NCBI GenBank assembly: GCA_964632215.1
Contig: CAZWBG010000001.1
Location: 46,589-110,588, forward strand
Direction of reading: 5' to 3'
Length of the DNA: 64,000 bases
Source: an uncultured Candidatus Saccharibacteria bacterium
Lineage (GTDB): Bacteria; Patescibacteriota; Saccharimonadia; Saccharimonadales; UBA7683
The notes below the pieces were generated by a model. The model had not been told where the DNA came from. It was given only the letters and a program-made list of their open reading frames with translations, and did no database searches. Of the stretch, positions 29,203-40,668 are shown piece by piece (the stretch's first letter is position 1; the number at the start of each line of letters is the position of its first letter). A program made the position numbers and the translations under genes.

Positions 29203-30061
29203 TACTCAACAGCTGCGCCAGCGAATCACTAGCGTAAAGAATACAAAGCAGATTACCAAAGCTATGGAGATGGTTTCGGCTTCTAAGCTGCGTCGGGCGC
29301 AAGAAGCTGCTCAAAAAAGTCGGGAATTTGCGAAGATTGCCAGGCAGATTTTGAGTCGTATTCGCCAACTAACGAACGTAGACAAACATCCTCTTTTTGC
29401 AAAACGGGCAGTTAAGAATCGACTCATTATTGTAGTTGCATCAGACAGAGGCTTAGCTGGCGCTTACAATGCTAGCGTTCTAAAGTTTTTCGCTCAAGAG
29501 CTACAAAAAGACATGAAAACAGGCATCATAAGCCATGTTATTACTGTTGGCAAACAAGCTACTACCTTCTGCGCTAAAATCTCCGGACTAGAAATTAGAG
29601 CAGCGTATCACGATTTAATAGACCAACCTACGGCAGAAAACCTGCGACCAATTCTAAATGACGCATTAGTTGGTTTTCAGTCCAGTACATTTGATGCGGT
29701 TGATATCGTCTACACAGATTTTATTTCAAGCATAAACCAGAAGCCAGCCATTGCTCGAGTGTTGCCGGCAGCGTTTGAAGAAATAAAAATTCCGATTCAC
29801 CTGGAAGAGGCAACTTTTGAACCATCACCCAAGAGGGTGCTCGAGGGAATAACCGAACGCTTTGTAGAGGTAGAAATGATGCAGTACCTCTTTGAATCTT
29901 CTGCTTCTGAGCAATCTTCTCGTATGATCGCCATGAAGAACGCAACCGATAACGCCAACGATATTGTAGATGATCTTACACTCGCACTTAATAGTGCCCG
30001 ACAAGCGGCTATCACCCAAGAGCTCGCTGAAATCACTAGCGGTGCAGAGGCAATATCATGA
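29195..30061 (+). CDS. atpG: F0F1 ATP synthase subunit gamma
   Basis: [36 protein letters not shown]; C-terminal [15 protein letters not shown]. Confidence 0.9.
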   Translation: [288 protein letters not shown]

Positions 30062-30480
30062 GTGTAAATCACCAGGAGGAACTCTTCCCTATTGAAGGTT
30101 TGCAGGACATCCCCAAAGAGAGACGTGAACTCATGAGAACATTCATAGAAAGTGAGCTTCTGGGTAAGCCTTTTGTAGACGACGAAGATGTTGAGTGCAT
30201 GGTGATTGTTATGGCAATAGCTGCGGAGGATTTGTCATGCGCATTGGCTCATGCACGGGGTGAATTGGAATCTGAAGATTTTTGTTCTGAAGTAATTGTA
30301 GGAAAACTTAATACAGTCGCAACTGGTCCGCTTGTCTTTAGTGTTAATGAAAAGTTTCCTGATAAGAATCGTGTAGACGAAGAGGTTGTTGAAGCGCTGC
30401 TAACACAAGCTGCAGAGATTGCCAGAGAAACTGTAGATACTGTAAGTCTAGCGAGACTTCACGCGGAGGCCATTTTATGA
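30058..30480 (+). CDS. orphan acidic hypothetical protein inserted between atpG and atpD
   Basis: 140-aa ORF. ATGA start/stop overlap with atpG. Followed by a palindromic repeat and then atpD. No motif recognised. Confidence 0.55.
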   Translation: MSVNHQEELFPIEGLQDIPKERRELMRTFIESELLGKPFVDDEDVECMVIVMAIAAEDLSCALAHARGELESEDFCSEVIVGKLNTVATGPLVFSVNEKFPDKNRVDEEVVEALLTQAAEIARETVDTVSLARLHAEAIL

Positions 30481-30493
30481 GCAGTTTTAATAA

Positions 30494-32008
<1,515 letters not shown>

Positions 32009-32050
32009 AATGCACACACTACTTACTGGTCACTACTCACTGTTTTCCAT

Positions 32051-32098
32051 GGTGAACGGAAAACTGAAAATGTGTGGTGAACAGAAAACTGAAAATAG
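32051..32098 (+). repeat. tandem direct repeat (2 copies, period 25) between atpD and atpC
   Basis: ggtgaacggaaaactgaaaatgt (32051-32073) and ggtgaacagaaaactgaaaatag (32076-32098). The first copy can pair with upstream gttttcc. Confidence 0.6.
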
Positions 32099-32116
32099 TA
32101 ACCTTAGGGCTCTTGT

Positions 32117-32542
32117 ATGATTCATTTTCAAATCGTTACGCTCTCAGGTGTGAAGTTTGACGAAGAAGTGTACGAATTACAGCTTCCAACGCCAGATGGC
32201 ACGATTGGTATCTTTGAACATCATATGCCGCTTGTTTCACTGGCGGATCCTGGCGTTATTACTGTTCGGAGGCAACAGCGGGATACAGATGATAAGTTAG
32301 AATATTTTGCGACAGACGGTGGTGTTATAGAAATCTTAGATAATACTGTACGGATACTGGCAGATGAGGTACTTCATGCTGAGGAAATTCAGGAAGATAT
32401 AACTCAAAAAGCATTGTTAGCCGCCCAGGCTGCTCGTCAGAACGCCAAAGATCAGGTTAGTCTAGATAGAGCCCAGACTCTGGTTGACCGACAAACAGTC
32501 CGCCTGCAAGTTGCACAGCTACGACGCCGTAAGAAGCATTAG
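32117..32542 (+). CDS. atpC: F0F1 ATP synthase subunit epsilon
   Basis: Operon position. N-terminal beta-sandwich-like LQLPTPDGTIGIFEHHMPLVS followed by a C-terminal helical region. Confidence 0.8.
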   Translation: MIHFQIVTLSGVKFDEEVYELQLPTPDGTIGIFEHHMPLVSLADPGVITVRRQQRDTDDKLEYFATDGGVIEILDNTVRILADEVLHAEEIQEDITQKALLAAQAARQNAKDQVSLDRAQTLVDRQTVRLQVAQLRRRKKH

Positions 32543-32549
32543 TCTTAGC

Positions 32550-33458
32550 TTAATTATTTACACTGGCAAGTATGCCAATGAGAATTAATCCTATGAAGAT
32601 GCCGACCACAAGTATAATAGTGAATGTAAGCGCAAGATAGTTAAGCCAGTGAATTTTTGGCTTTTCTATACTTTGGTCATGATAGACCTGTAATTGACGG
32701 TACTGCGCGCCACCACCTGTGTATCTCAGTAGCTCACCAACGAGTGGGATGAGTGCAGCCACAAACGAAATACCAAATATTTCTAGCAGGCGCCCCTTCA
32801 CTAGAGTTTTAACGCGGTTGTGAGATGCACTAACGCCCTTTTGGTCCTCTGGTTCGTCCATAATGACATAGGTAAGCAGTGCATAGCGGAAGCTTGCCAC
32901 AATTCCGGGTACTATCAGTAGCAGGCTCCAGCCAAAGATCTTAACCATAGCAAGAAGTTGGGCTCCAAGTAATCGCCAGTAACGTCGTAGCACGGCCTTG
33001 AATGCTTCGTCGGCTGAGACTGACTTGCCTTCGAGTGACTTAAGAGCTACATAGCTGAAGAGACCTTGTATAAAGACACCGACCCCGATGCTGATAACCA
33101 CGGACACTAGTACAATCGTAAAAATAACGATAATCAGTGCAACGATAGCTGTTACGCCCATTGCCGCACTGGCAAATGTTTCCGAGCTAGCACCTAGGCT
33201 ACTGGCGTGAGCAGATTGTTCACTCAAAGCTTGTATAAAAACTTGGAACATCTGAGCTAGTATTCCAAGAACCGCTAGCGCGAGTAAGACGATTGCCCAG
33301 ATTGCGTTGTGTGTAAAGAGTAATCCTAATGAACGAAACGTGATTAAAAACGGGTTGGTTTCATAGTGATGAGTATTTGTGGTATCCGGTGTATGTGCAG
33401 TCTTAGTATGTGCCATCTTCGCCTCCTGATTAGTTTTGTTACTACTCAGTATACTCAC
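32550..33458 (-). CDS. integral membrane protein (about 6 TM)
   Basis: Hydrophobic 302-aa ORF. Its start is abutted by the dus stop. No family recognised. Confidence 0.55.
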   Translation of the reverse strand: MSILSSNKTNQEAKMAHTKTAHTPDTTNTHHYETNPFLITFRSLGLLFTHNAIWAIVLLALAVLGILAQMFQVFIQALSEQSAHASSLGASSETFASAAMGVTAIVALIIVIFTIVLVSVVISIGVGVFIQGLFSYVALKSLEGKSVSADEAFKAVLRRYWRLLGAQLLAMVKIFGWSLLLIVPGIVASFRYALLTYVIMDEPEDQKGVSASHNRVKTLVKGRLLEIFGISFVAALIPLVGELLRYTGGGAQYRQLQVYHDQSIEKPKIHWLNYLALTFTIILVVGIFIGLILIGILASVNN

Positions 33459-34405
33459 TAAACGAGCAACGGGGCAATTAATGCTCGGGCCTCATCTGTT
33501 GTTCTAGTTTCCATTAGTTGCACTCGGAGCTCGTGAGAACCCGGGAAATCTCGGACATAGATTTTGAAGAAGCGCTTAAGCGTTTCGTAGGGCTTAGTGT
33601 GTTCGTTGGCATCAAAAAGAGTAAGATGATGACTCAAAATTCCCAAGAGCTCTTTTTGACTTGCCATGTGAGGCTCTACCTCAAAGGCAAAAATGTTACT
33701 AAAAACTCCGCGGCCAATCATAATACCGTCAATACCAGATTCTTGTATGAGTTGTTCGCCGTGTTGACGATCTCTTACATCACCATTGCCTATTAGTATT
33801 GTTTGCGGGGCAACCTCATCCCGAAGCTTTCTAATATCAGCCATCAGTTCCCAGTGGGCGTCAACTTTGCTCATCTCTTTTTTGGTTCGCAGATGTATAG
33901 TGAGCGCCGCAATATCTTGTTTTAGGAGATGCGTTAACCATGCGTTCCATTCCTCCACTTTACTATAGCCAAGACGGGTTTTAACACTGACGGGCAAGCC
34001 TGCGGTTTTAGCGGCGGCAATGATTTCAGTTGCTAGTTCGGGTTGAAGGATCATGGCAGATCCTCCGCTATTCTTCACAGCAGTTTTAGCGGGACAACCC
34101 ATGTTTAGGTCTATACCTTTATAGCCCAGCTGCTTGCAATACAGCGCAAGTTCGGCAATATCTTTTGGTTCTGAGCACCAAATTTGAGCAATCAGCGAAT
34201 AGGTTTCATCTGGGTGGATCGTGAGTCGACCTGCTACGGCCTTCTCGCCGGCATGTACCCAGCCTGTAGCGTTAGTGAACTCGCTAAAATATAAATCTGC
34301 AGGTGCCGCTTCGTGTACGACACGTCGAAAAACGTTATCTGTCACCGCCTCCATGGGGGCCAAAACAAAAAAAGGTTTTGCTAATTCTTGCCAAAATGAG
34401 GTCAT
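33458..34405 (-). CDS. dus: tRNA-dihydrouridine synthase
   Basis: FVLAPMEAVTDNVFR; IDLNMGCP; TIHLRT; IGNGDV. Confidence 0.85.
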   Translation of the reverse strand: MTSFWQELAKPFFVLAPMEAVTDNVFRRVVHEAAPADLYFSEFTNATGWVHAGEKAVAGRLTIHPDETYSLIAQIWCSEPKDIAELALYCKQLGYKGIDLNMGCPAKTAVKNSGGSAMILQPELATEIIAAAKTAGLPVSVKTRLGYSKVEEWNAWLTHLLKQDIAALTIHLRTKKEMSKVDAHWELMADIRKLRDEVAPQTILIGNGDVRDRQHGEQLIQESGIDGIMIGRGVFSNIFAFEVEPHMASQKELLGILSHHLTLFDANEHTKPYETLKRFFKIYVRDFPGSHELRVQLMETRTTDEARALIAPLLV

Positions 34406-34522
34406 TTCTGAACACTCTTTCTTGCCAGAACTTGCTCATATGGAGAAATAAAGGGCCTAAGTTGACGTCTTATCATAAAGATATTATAGCATTTTTTGGT
34501 AAACTTATGTACAGTAATACAT

Positions 34523-35179
34523 ATGAGCATCGAACAAGATTTGGGCTACGAATGGCGAGACAGTAATCCGTCAGAAGAGATTGCTTTATCGGTGATACTG
34601 AGCGCATTGTTTGAAGAAGATGGCATGTGTGAATGGATGGCCGAGCGAACTTACGAGAATGAGGCTTCACTTACGGTAGCCGAGAATCTTCTCAGGAGTC
34701 AGTACCCTCACCTCTTTGGCCAATTAGAACTTCTTGAGCACACACAGGCTGGCAACATATTCCATATGTTGGAGCATCCAGAAATAGCAGACCACTACTA
34801 TCGTGGCGCGACTATCGCCCTACTTGCATTGCACGCTTCGCAGTCGCCCACCTATGAACACCATGATCTTTCAAAGCAATATCTGAGGCGGTTTTCTCAG
34901 CTAGACGGGATTGATCAAGAGAGATGGCTGATCGAAAATTTTGATTATAATAAGAAACATACCGAGGCTTTGAGGCTCTTTATTCTTAATGACTACACCG
35001 AGGGTATGGATGTACCTGCACTTGAGCTTGGAGCTATGTTGGTTGGTGCACGTTATGCCTATATACTTACGACACACTTTGATGCGTGTTATCGACGGGA
35101 AGTTGAGATATCGTGGCTGACTCGAGACCAAGAGTCCTTCAAGGGTTGGCTTGCCTATCGACAAGGTGATTATGCATAG
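34523..35179 (+). CDS. hypothetical protein
   Basis: ORF 34496..35179. Promoter-like TTGACG-17-TATAGC at 34462-34490 places the TSS near 34497, which favours ATG 34523. No motif recognised. Confidence 0.5.
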   Translation: MSIEQDLGYEWRDSNPSEEIALSVILSALFEEDGMCEWMAERTYENEASLTVAENLLRSQYPHLFGQLELLEHTQAGNIFHMLEHPEIADHYYRGATIALLALHASQSPTYEHHDLSKQYLRRFSQLDGIDQERWLIENFDYNKKHTEALRLFILNDYTEGMDVPALELGAMLVGARYAYILTTHFDACYRREVEISWLTRDQESFKGWLAYRQGDYA

Positions 35180-35366
35180 CGTTAGTTTAAAACTACGCTA
35201 GAGGTAGTGTAGGTACGCTATGTGTGGTGTAGTTACATCTTTCTAAACTGATAAAGATTTATCAACTTGGAAAGATGGACAGGTGTGAATCCTGACGAGA
35301 GGGCGCTGGGTAGCGCTCTTTATCTCGGCGCCTTTGAGACGCATCCATCTATACAGGAAGAGCGCA

Positions 35367-35507
35367 TCAGCCAAAAATTGCTCGGCTGATTGCTCCGCCT
35401 GAGTTCTTCTTGGCATCTTGCTCTGCTTGTCTAGCGTCTTTGAGTTTCTGCTCAGCCGCTTTGGCTTCACGTTCGGCTCGACGCCGTGCATCTGCTTGAT
35501 TACTCAA
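35367..35507 (-). CDS. possible 46-aa Lys/Arg/Ala/Glu-rich small protein
   Basis: My reading: GGAGGTGAAGTAA-TTG start, (M)SNQADARRRAEREAKAAEQKLKDARQAEQDAKKNSGGAISRAIFG. Different frame from track ORF 35243..35491. Speculative. Confidence 0.25.
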   Translation of the reverse strand: MSNQADARRRAEREAKAAEQKLKDARQAEQDAKKNSGGAISRAIFG

Positions 35508-35520
35508 TTACTTCACCTCC

Positions 35521-35960
35521 TTCGGAGGCTCGGTCCTGCTTACGTAGGAGATGGATAGAACGAAGTACTGGGACCCTACGGGCTCGTTAGACCTATATGT
35601 GGTTCCTCCTGCGCGTACGCAGAGGTTTCACCACAATTCCTTTCCTGGCGAGGAAGGAATTGGCCCCAGTGTGCCTGAGCGCTGTTGATACGGTTGGTTG
35701 ATAGTACAACCGTATCTCGCTGTCTCAGGCAGAAAGGGGTGGAGTGTCCGAGTGACACCAGCAAGGATACAGCCGGACACTCCACCGATAACCAAGATAG
35801 CCTAAAGTGGCTTTTAGACTACTAAGTGCACGAAGGGTTGATACACTTAGGCTCGGCTGATGGGACAAGCTGGGTCGGCAACTTGCCTGGTATCCATCAG
35901 GATCATCTTGGTCGAATTTAGAGATTTCACACCTGTCAAAGTACTGCATGAGCAGCTCTT
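35521..35960 (-). ncRNA. candidate structured RNA or long 5' leader (unclassified)
   Basis: GC-rich with no convincing ORF. Helices: 13-bp perfect helix 35738-35750/35774-35786; 10-bp helix 35687-35696/35707-35716, nested in 35673-35679/35724-35730; 35635-35645/35652-35661; 35822-35828/35844-35850; 35857-35863/35894-35900. Confidence 0.3.
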
Positions 35961-35991
35961 GTTGGGCGCATCATGCTAAAGCATTATATAA

Positions 35992-38900
35992 TTATGAGGT
36001 GTAATTGTCAATGAGTGTTCGTTCAAAAGCTTGAATGCCTTTAAGGTTTGGTTCAAAGCCGCTAGTATCTGGTAAGTCTAGTGCTAGAATTTTCTGCCAG
36101 ACAGCAGAAATCAGCTGTGTGGTGTATGCAACATCTTCCGATGTAAACTCGTATTCGAGCGTCACGCACTCACTACTTTGAACGCTTGGTTCTACAAACA
36201 CTAGCTGACCCTTGGTCACTGTATACTGGCTGAAATCACGGGAATTTTCTACCAGTAACTTATAGAAGATCAGCTGCTGCTTATATTTATGTAGTTTAAT
36301 ACGTTCAAAATCATCCTTTCCTACCCAATCAAGCGGTGCTTTACCAGTTTTGTAATCTACTACTAATGCTGTTTTATTAGTCTCATTTAGCACAAGTTTA
36401 TCAATAGCACCACTGAGATGGGCTTTGCCAAGTAGTACTCCTTGGTTTCTAAAGCTTAGTTCACTTTTGTCTTGTTCGCCGAAGGTTTGACCACATTGCT
36501 CAAAGAAGGAAGAAAGAGCTGCAATTCCTCGTTCGGTGTAGAGCTTCTCTTCTACTTCGTTCAGGTGATACTGCTTGAGTGAGCGCATGAATTGTCTTGT
36601 GACTGCGCTGATATCAATTTTCCGCCGCTGGGTAAATTCTACATGAGCTTTGTGGATCGCAGCATGTATGGCACTACCATAGCCTGCGCTTGGCCCCATT
36701 GCGGTTGGGAATTGCAATAAGTTGTGCAGCAGAAAAGTCTGCGGTCCGGCTTGGGCGATATCAATAAAGTTATTTAGGTGGGTGCTAGAAAGTTGGTAGT
36801 CTTCGAGTGTACCGTGGAGTGACTGTTTGAGACTTGTTTGTACACTTTCCAAATGTGGTGCTCGCCAGTCAAATTCTAGAGTTTGTATGAGCTTCGCCTG
36901 AGTTGGAGTAGATTCCATAACCTCTTGGTCGAGCGGACTACTATTGAGGTAGCTCACGGGTAGCGAGAGCTTGTCTTTGTCATCATATTGGTAGCTAGAA
37001 ATATATAGCTGTTGTTTGGCACGGGTCATGGCCACGTAGAGGAGGCGCTTTTTGTCATCACTACTCTCACCCGCCCGTTCAATCGGCAAGTTATGTGGTG
37101 GCTTAATGGTGCGTGGGCGTGTGCGGCTTTTTTCTCCCCAAATTGTATCTTGAGCTTCAATAATGAAGACGGTATGAAACTCCAGGCCCTTAGATTTGTA
37201 GGCTGTCATAAGTTCTACGGCATCTTGGTGCGCCAAATGTGGATTGGTATCGATAATATTGATACCAGTTTTCTTGTGCAGCCGAACGAATTCTACTAAA
37301 TCACGCAGTTTTAGGGGTTGGTCGGGTCGGAATTCTCGTAGTTTTTGGCGGAGTACGCGCAGGTTGCTTAAGAGTTCGAGGTAAATTGTGGGCTGGCTAT
37401 GGAGTTTGGAATTGCTAAAGTAGAAGCTCCGAAATGGTGAGTTAAATGATTCACCCGTCTCGTGTATACCAGGCCCAATGAGCTCATCTACAATGTGCTC
37501 TAGGCTTTCAAATCGTGCGAGTTGGGCGGTCTCAAGCAACCAATTAGCAACTTGTATCACCTTAGTATCTTCACTTTCTAACATGATTTCGAGCCAATAC
37601 TTCGGTTCCTCGTAGGTGCTTTGTCGGTAGGCTTCAAGAGATATGCGCCAAATTTGCTGTGGCTTTAAATTCCAGAAAGGATAGCTAAGTATCTCGGGCA
37701 GTAGTGCGTTGGCTTCGGTATAATCTTCATCAACCAAGTACTGCACTATCTGTGCGAGTTGAACCAGTTGTGCAATGTGGGGCTGCTGCAGTACATTGTC
37801 ACGTCGTTCGTAGGCCAGGGGTATGTTGGCTTGCATGAGCGAACGAGCAATGATCTGCAAGTATTTATGTCGCGGTGCCAAAATTGCAATATCGGCCGAC
37901 TTAATACCGGAGGCGATTAATTCCTGAACACGCTGTGTAACCCACTGCTGCTGAGATTGAGGACTCAGAAATGAAATTTGTAGGGCAATTGCCACCTTGC
38001 TGGTGGGCTGTTTGGCTTGTAACTGCTTACTGACACCAAAGCTTCGTGAGATACGCTCTTCTATTTTTTCGCCAACTTCGTGGGCACCGTTGAGTATCGC
38101 CTGAGTTGAGCGGTAGTTTTCATTCAGATCTACAATTTTGGTATCTTGCCAGAGCTCGGCAAAAGTACGCATATTACTGACCTGTGCGCCCTGGAAGGCG
38201 TAAATTGCTTGGTCATCATCTCCTACCGCCAAAATGTTGGGCCGACCCTCGTTAACCGGGTTACTACCCAGACTTTGCATAATACGTAGCTGTGCACCAT
38301 TAGTATCTTGAAACTCATCTATGAGAATGTACTGAAATTGCTCCTGCACCTTAAATCGTAGCTCTTCGTCTTGCTCAAGCGCTAGTACTACTTGCAGAAT
38401 CATGTCATCAAAATCAAGCAGCTGCTTTTCTTGCAGTTTCTTAAGATACTGTTCATAAATATCTGCAACTTCGCTCAGTAGTTGACCTCGGCGGTCATCC
38501 TTCATACTCCAGGTACCTTGATGGTTCTTCTCAAGCCATTCGTTGCGCCAGGCGGTGATAGGTTTAGTAGAGTTGGTTTCTTCCGATTGGGCGATTGCTC
38601 GGCTGGCTGATTCTCGGCAGAGTGTGGCAAGCGGTGGCCACAAAGCTACGCCTTTAACATCTTGTACCTGGATAGTTTCGATGAGTTCAACAAAAGCTGG
38701 AATGACTGCCTTAGAAAGTCGCGGTGTATCAAAGAGTTTGCTGAATTTTGGCTCAATAGTTTTAATAAATTGCTGGTTTGTAGCAATAATTGCTCGTACT
38801 TCATTAGGTGTCAGACCAGCCTGTTTAAGTTCGGCAATGGCCGAGCGGGTGTCAGGCAGGTAGACAAAATCTTCATTAAAGTGAGTGCTGAGCTTATTAC

Positions 38901-39297
38901 TATGTGGAAGCTGTAAAAAGAGCTCCTCAAGCATCTGAAAGCTAGTGAGTTCATCTATGGCGCTAAACGGAGCTCCACTGAAAAAGTGCTCGTTGTAACG
39001 GTTAATAATCTCCAGGCAGAAACCATGAAATGTATATACGCCAACTCGGTAAGCGTCCTCACCTATCATACTCACTAGGCGTTCACGCATGGCAGCTGCG
39101 CCACTCTCGGTAAAAGTAATACACAGAATATTACTCGGTAGGCTATCGGTTTTTTGTAAAATATGAGCCACTCGAGCACTCAAAAGCTGGGTCTTGCCAG
39201 TTCCTGGCCCCGCAATAACCAGTACAGGCCCCTCTATAGTATCTACCGCTTCACGCTGTGCTGGATTCAGCCGATTATATTCTTCCTGAAAGTTCAT
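35992..39297 (-). CDS. UvrD/PcrA-type ATP-dependent helicase fused to a C-terminal PD-(D/E)XK (RecB/AddA-like) nuclease
   Basis: Walker A VIAGPGTGKTQLL; ITFTESGAAAMRERL; IDEFQDTN; C-terminal VVDYKTGK nuclease motif. Confidence 0.85.
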   Translation of the reverse strand: MNFQEEYNRLNPAQREAVDTIEGPVLVIAGPGTGKTQLLSARVAHILQKTDSLPSNILCITFTESGAAAMRERLVSMIGEDAYRVGVYTFHGFCLEIINRYNEHFFSGAPFSAIDELTSFQMLEELFLQLPHSNKLSTHFNEDFVYLPDTRSAIAELKQAGLTPNEVRAIIATNQQFIKTIEPKFSKLFDTPRLSKAVIPAFVELIETIQVQDVKGVALWPPLATLCRESASRAIAQSEETNSTKPITAWRNEWLEKNHQGTWSMKDDRRGQLLSEVADIYEQYLKKLQEKQLLDFDDMILQVVLALEQDEELRFKVQEQFQYILIDEFQDTNGAQLRIMQSLGSNPVNEGRPNILAVGDDDQAIYAFQGAQVSNMRTFAELWQDTKIVDLNENYRSTQAILNGAHEVGEKIEERISRSFGVSKQLQAKQPTSKVAIALQISFLSPQSQQQWVTQRVQELIASGIKSADIAILAPRHKYLQIIARSLMQANIPLAYERRDNVLQQPHIAQLVQLAQIVQYLVDEDYTEANALLPEILSYPFWNLKPQQIWRISLEAYRQSTYEEPKYWLEIMLESEDTKVIQVANWLLETAQLARFESLEHIVDELIGPGIHETGESFNSPFRSFYFSNSKLHSQPTIYLELLSNLRVLRQKLREFRPDQPLKLRDLVEFVRLHKKTGINIIDTNPHLAHQDAVELMTAYKSKGLEFHTVFIIEAQDTIWGEKSRTRPRTIKPPHNLPIERAGESSDDKKRLLYVAMTRAKQQLYISSYQYDDKDKLSLPVSYLNSSPLDQEVMESTPTQAKLIQTLEFDWRAPHLESVQTSLKQSLHGTLEDYQLSSTHLNNFIDIAQAGPQTFLLHNLLQFPTAMGPSAGYGSAIHAAIHKAHVEFTQRRKIDISAVTRQFMRSLKQYHLNEVEEKLYTERGIAALSSFFEQCGQTFGEQDKSELSFRNQGVLLGKAHLSGAIDKLVLNETNKTALVVDYKTGKAPLDWVGKDDFERIKLHKYKQQLIFYKLLVENSRDFSQYTVTKGQLVFVEPSVQSSECVTLEYEFTSEDVAYTTQLISAVWQKILALDLPDTSGFEPNLKGIQAFERTLIDNYTS

Positions 39298-39383
39298 CCT
39301 TCTATTGTAGCAAGCTATGCACTAATTAATCTCTATCTTCTCAAGCCGTGAAGCTGTAGGAGGCAGGTATTAATAGATCCGAC

Positions 39384-39417
39384 CACTCGGGTGCGCTTTT
39401 TGGGCGCACACCGAGTG
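39384..39417. terminator. hairpin between dapD (3' end) and the helicase gene start
   Basis: cactcgggtgcgc-tttttgg-gcgcacaccgagtg. Confidence 0.45.
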
Positions 39418-39429
39418 ATCTTTATGGAC

Positions 39430-40668
39430 CTAGTTCTTGTGCAGATCGGCGTTGAGTTCACCCCAGATGGAGTTGCCTCGAGGAATTACCTCAATGGCAC
39501 CATCTTTCGCGTTGCGGCGGAAAATGGCGTCGCTGATCCCACTGAGTTGCACTGCTTTGACGAAGATGGTCTCAGGTATGCCCTTGCCGCTCTTGCCGCG
39601 AACGGCATCCTTGGCTATGGGGTTGTTATCCCAGTCGAAACGGTTGATGCGCACTGGAGTAGTGCTCTTGATGTAGGCACCAACTTCGACTCGGACTCGG
39701 TTTCCAATGGGGATACCAAGTCCGCTTTCGGCCTCAAGGAGGCAGTCTTCGCCGATGCTGATCTTGACGTCGTTGCCACCGGAGAGAGTACCCATCGTTG
39801 AGGCACCTCCACCTATGGCACTTCCCCTACCGGAGACCACACCGGCGCTGATACGCCCTTCCACCATACCCGCACCGAGGGTGCCGGCGTTGAAATTGCA
39901 GGCACCCTCGTGCATCACGGTAGTTCCTTCGGCCAGATACGCCCCAAGGCGTACCCGATTACCATCGGCAATCCGGACACCTTCGGGTACTACCATGCTC
40001 AGCATGGGAGGGAACTTGTCCAGACAGTACACCATCATGGGTGCCCCCAAGTAGAGGCTGCACTCGATCTGAGCCGTGGCGATGTCACCAGGCCTGAATA
40101 CACCGAAGTTTGTCCAGGCCAGCGTCTCCAGCTTGCCGAAGATGCCCCCCAGGTTAATGCTATTGGGTGTTACCTTGCGGTGACTCAACAAGTGCAACCT
40201 GAGATAGACATCAGCGGCATCGACTGCTTCGGACTCGAGATCTCCGATGAAGGTTACGATTGGAACCGCTTCAGCAGCCGATAAGGGCAGTGGCTCGACG
40301 TCGACTGACAGTTCTTTACAGGTGTTATTCAGTGCTGTGAAAACGTCGATGTTGGAGTGCTTGTTGCCGTCACCGTCGAACACGGAGAATGCCACCTTGA
40401 TGGCCTCTCGTGTTGAAATTGAAGACAACTCCCAAGTACCGATATCCTTCACGCGTCCGACCGCATCGCTCAGTAGAGCGGCAGTGCCGTGGTTCTCGCG
40501 AATGTTGACCAGCGGGTACTGCGCGGCGACAATGTCGTCACCGATCTTGAAACCGATTCCCATGGCGAATGCCGCCGGCTCCGCGTATTCCTCCTGTGCT
40601 GCGACTTCGTTGGCAACCCTCAGGAAATCGTTGACAGTCTTGATGTTGTTTGCCCGAAAGAAGTTCAC
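39430..40668 (-). CDS. dapD: 2,3,4,5-tetrahydropyridine-2,6-dicarboxylate N-succinyltransferase (long form)
   Basis: Collinear, from memory, with gammaproteobacterial-type DapD: YLRLHLLSHRKV, LAWTN, DKFPPM, VRLGAYLAEGTTVMHEGACNFNAGTLG, STMGTLSGG, FRRN..GA.E. Hexapeptide repeats. GTG start after AGGAG. About 54% GC (hand count of 120 nt). Confidence 0.8.
   Translation of the reverse strand: MNFFRANNIKTVNDFLRVANEVAAQEEYAEPAAFAMGIGFKIGDDIVAAQYPLVNIRENHGTAALLSDAVGRVKDIGTWELSSISTREAIKVAFSVFDGDGNKHSNIDVFTALNNTCKELSVDVEPLPLSAAEAVPIVTFIGDLESEAVDAADVYLRLHLLSHRKVTPNSINLGGIFGKLETLAWTNFGVFRPGDIATAQIECSLYLGAPMMVYCLDKFPPMLSMVVPEGVRIADGNRVRLGAYLAEGTTVMHEGACNFNAGTLGAGMVEGRISAGVVSGRGSAIGGGASTMGTLSGGNDVKISIGEDCLLEAESGLGIPIGNRVRVEVGAYIKSTTPVRINRFDWDNNPIAKDAVRGKSGKGIPETIFVKAVQLSGISDAIFRRNAKDGAIEVIPRGNSIWGELNADLHKN

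Noticed and set aside
35243-35491. 82-aa minus-strand ORF
   Set aside because: It has no SD and an odd composition. A different frame with a GGAGG SD encodes a 46-aa helical peptide. I regard both as uncertain and give the shorter one only low confidence.
35521-35960. Structured region as tmRNA, RNase P RNA, SRP RNA, a T-box leader or a group II intron domain
   Set aside because: By eye it lacks all of the following:
- The tmRNA tRNA-like end (GGTTCGAATCC...CCACCA).
- The RNase P P4 motifs (GAGGAAAGTCC / ACAGAA..GGCTTA).
- The SRP GGAA/AGCA loops in the right context.
- The T-box UGGNACC sequence.
- The domain V AGC triad.
It remains unclassified.
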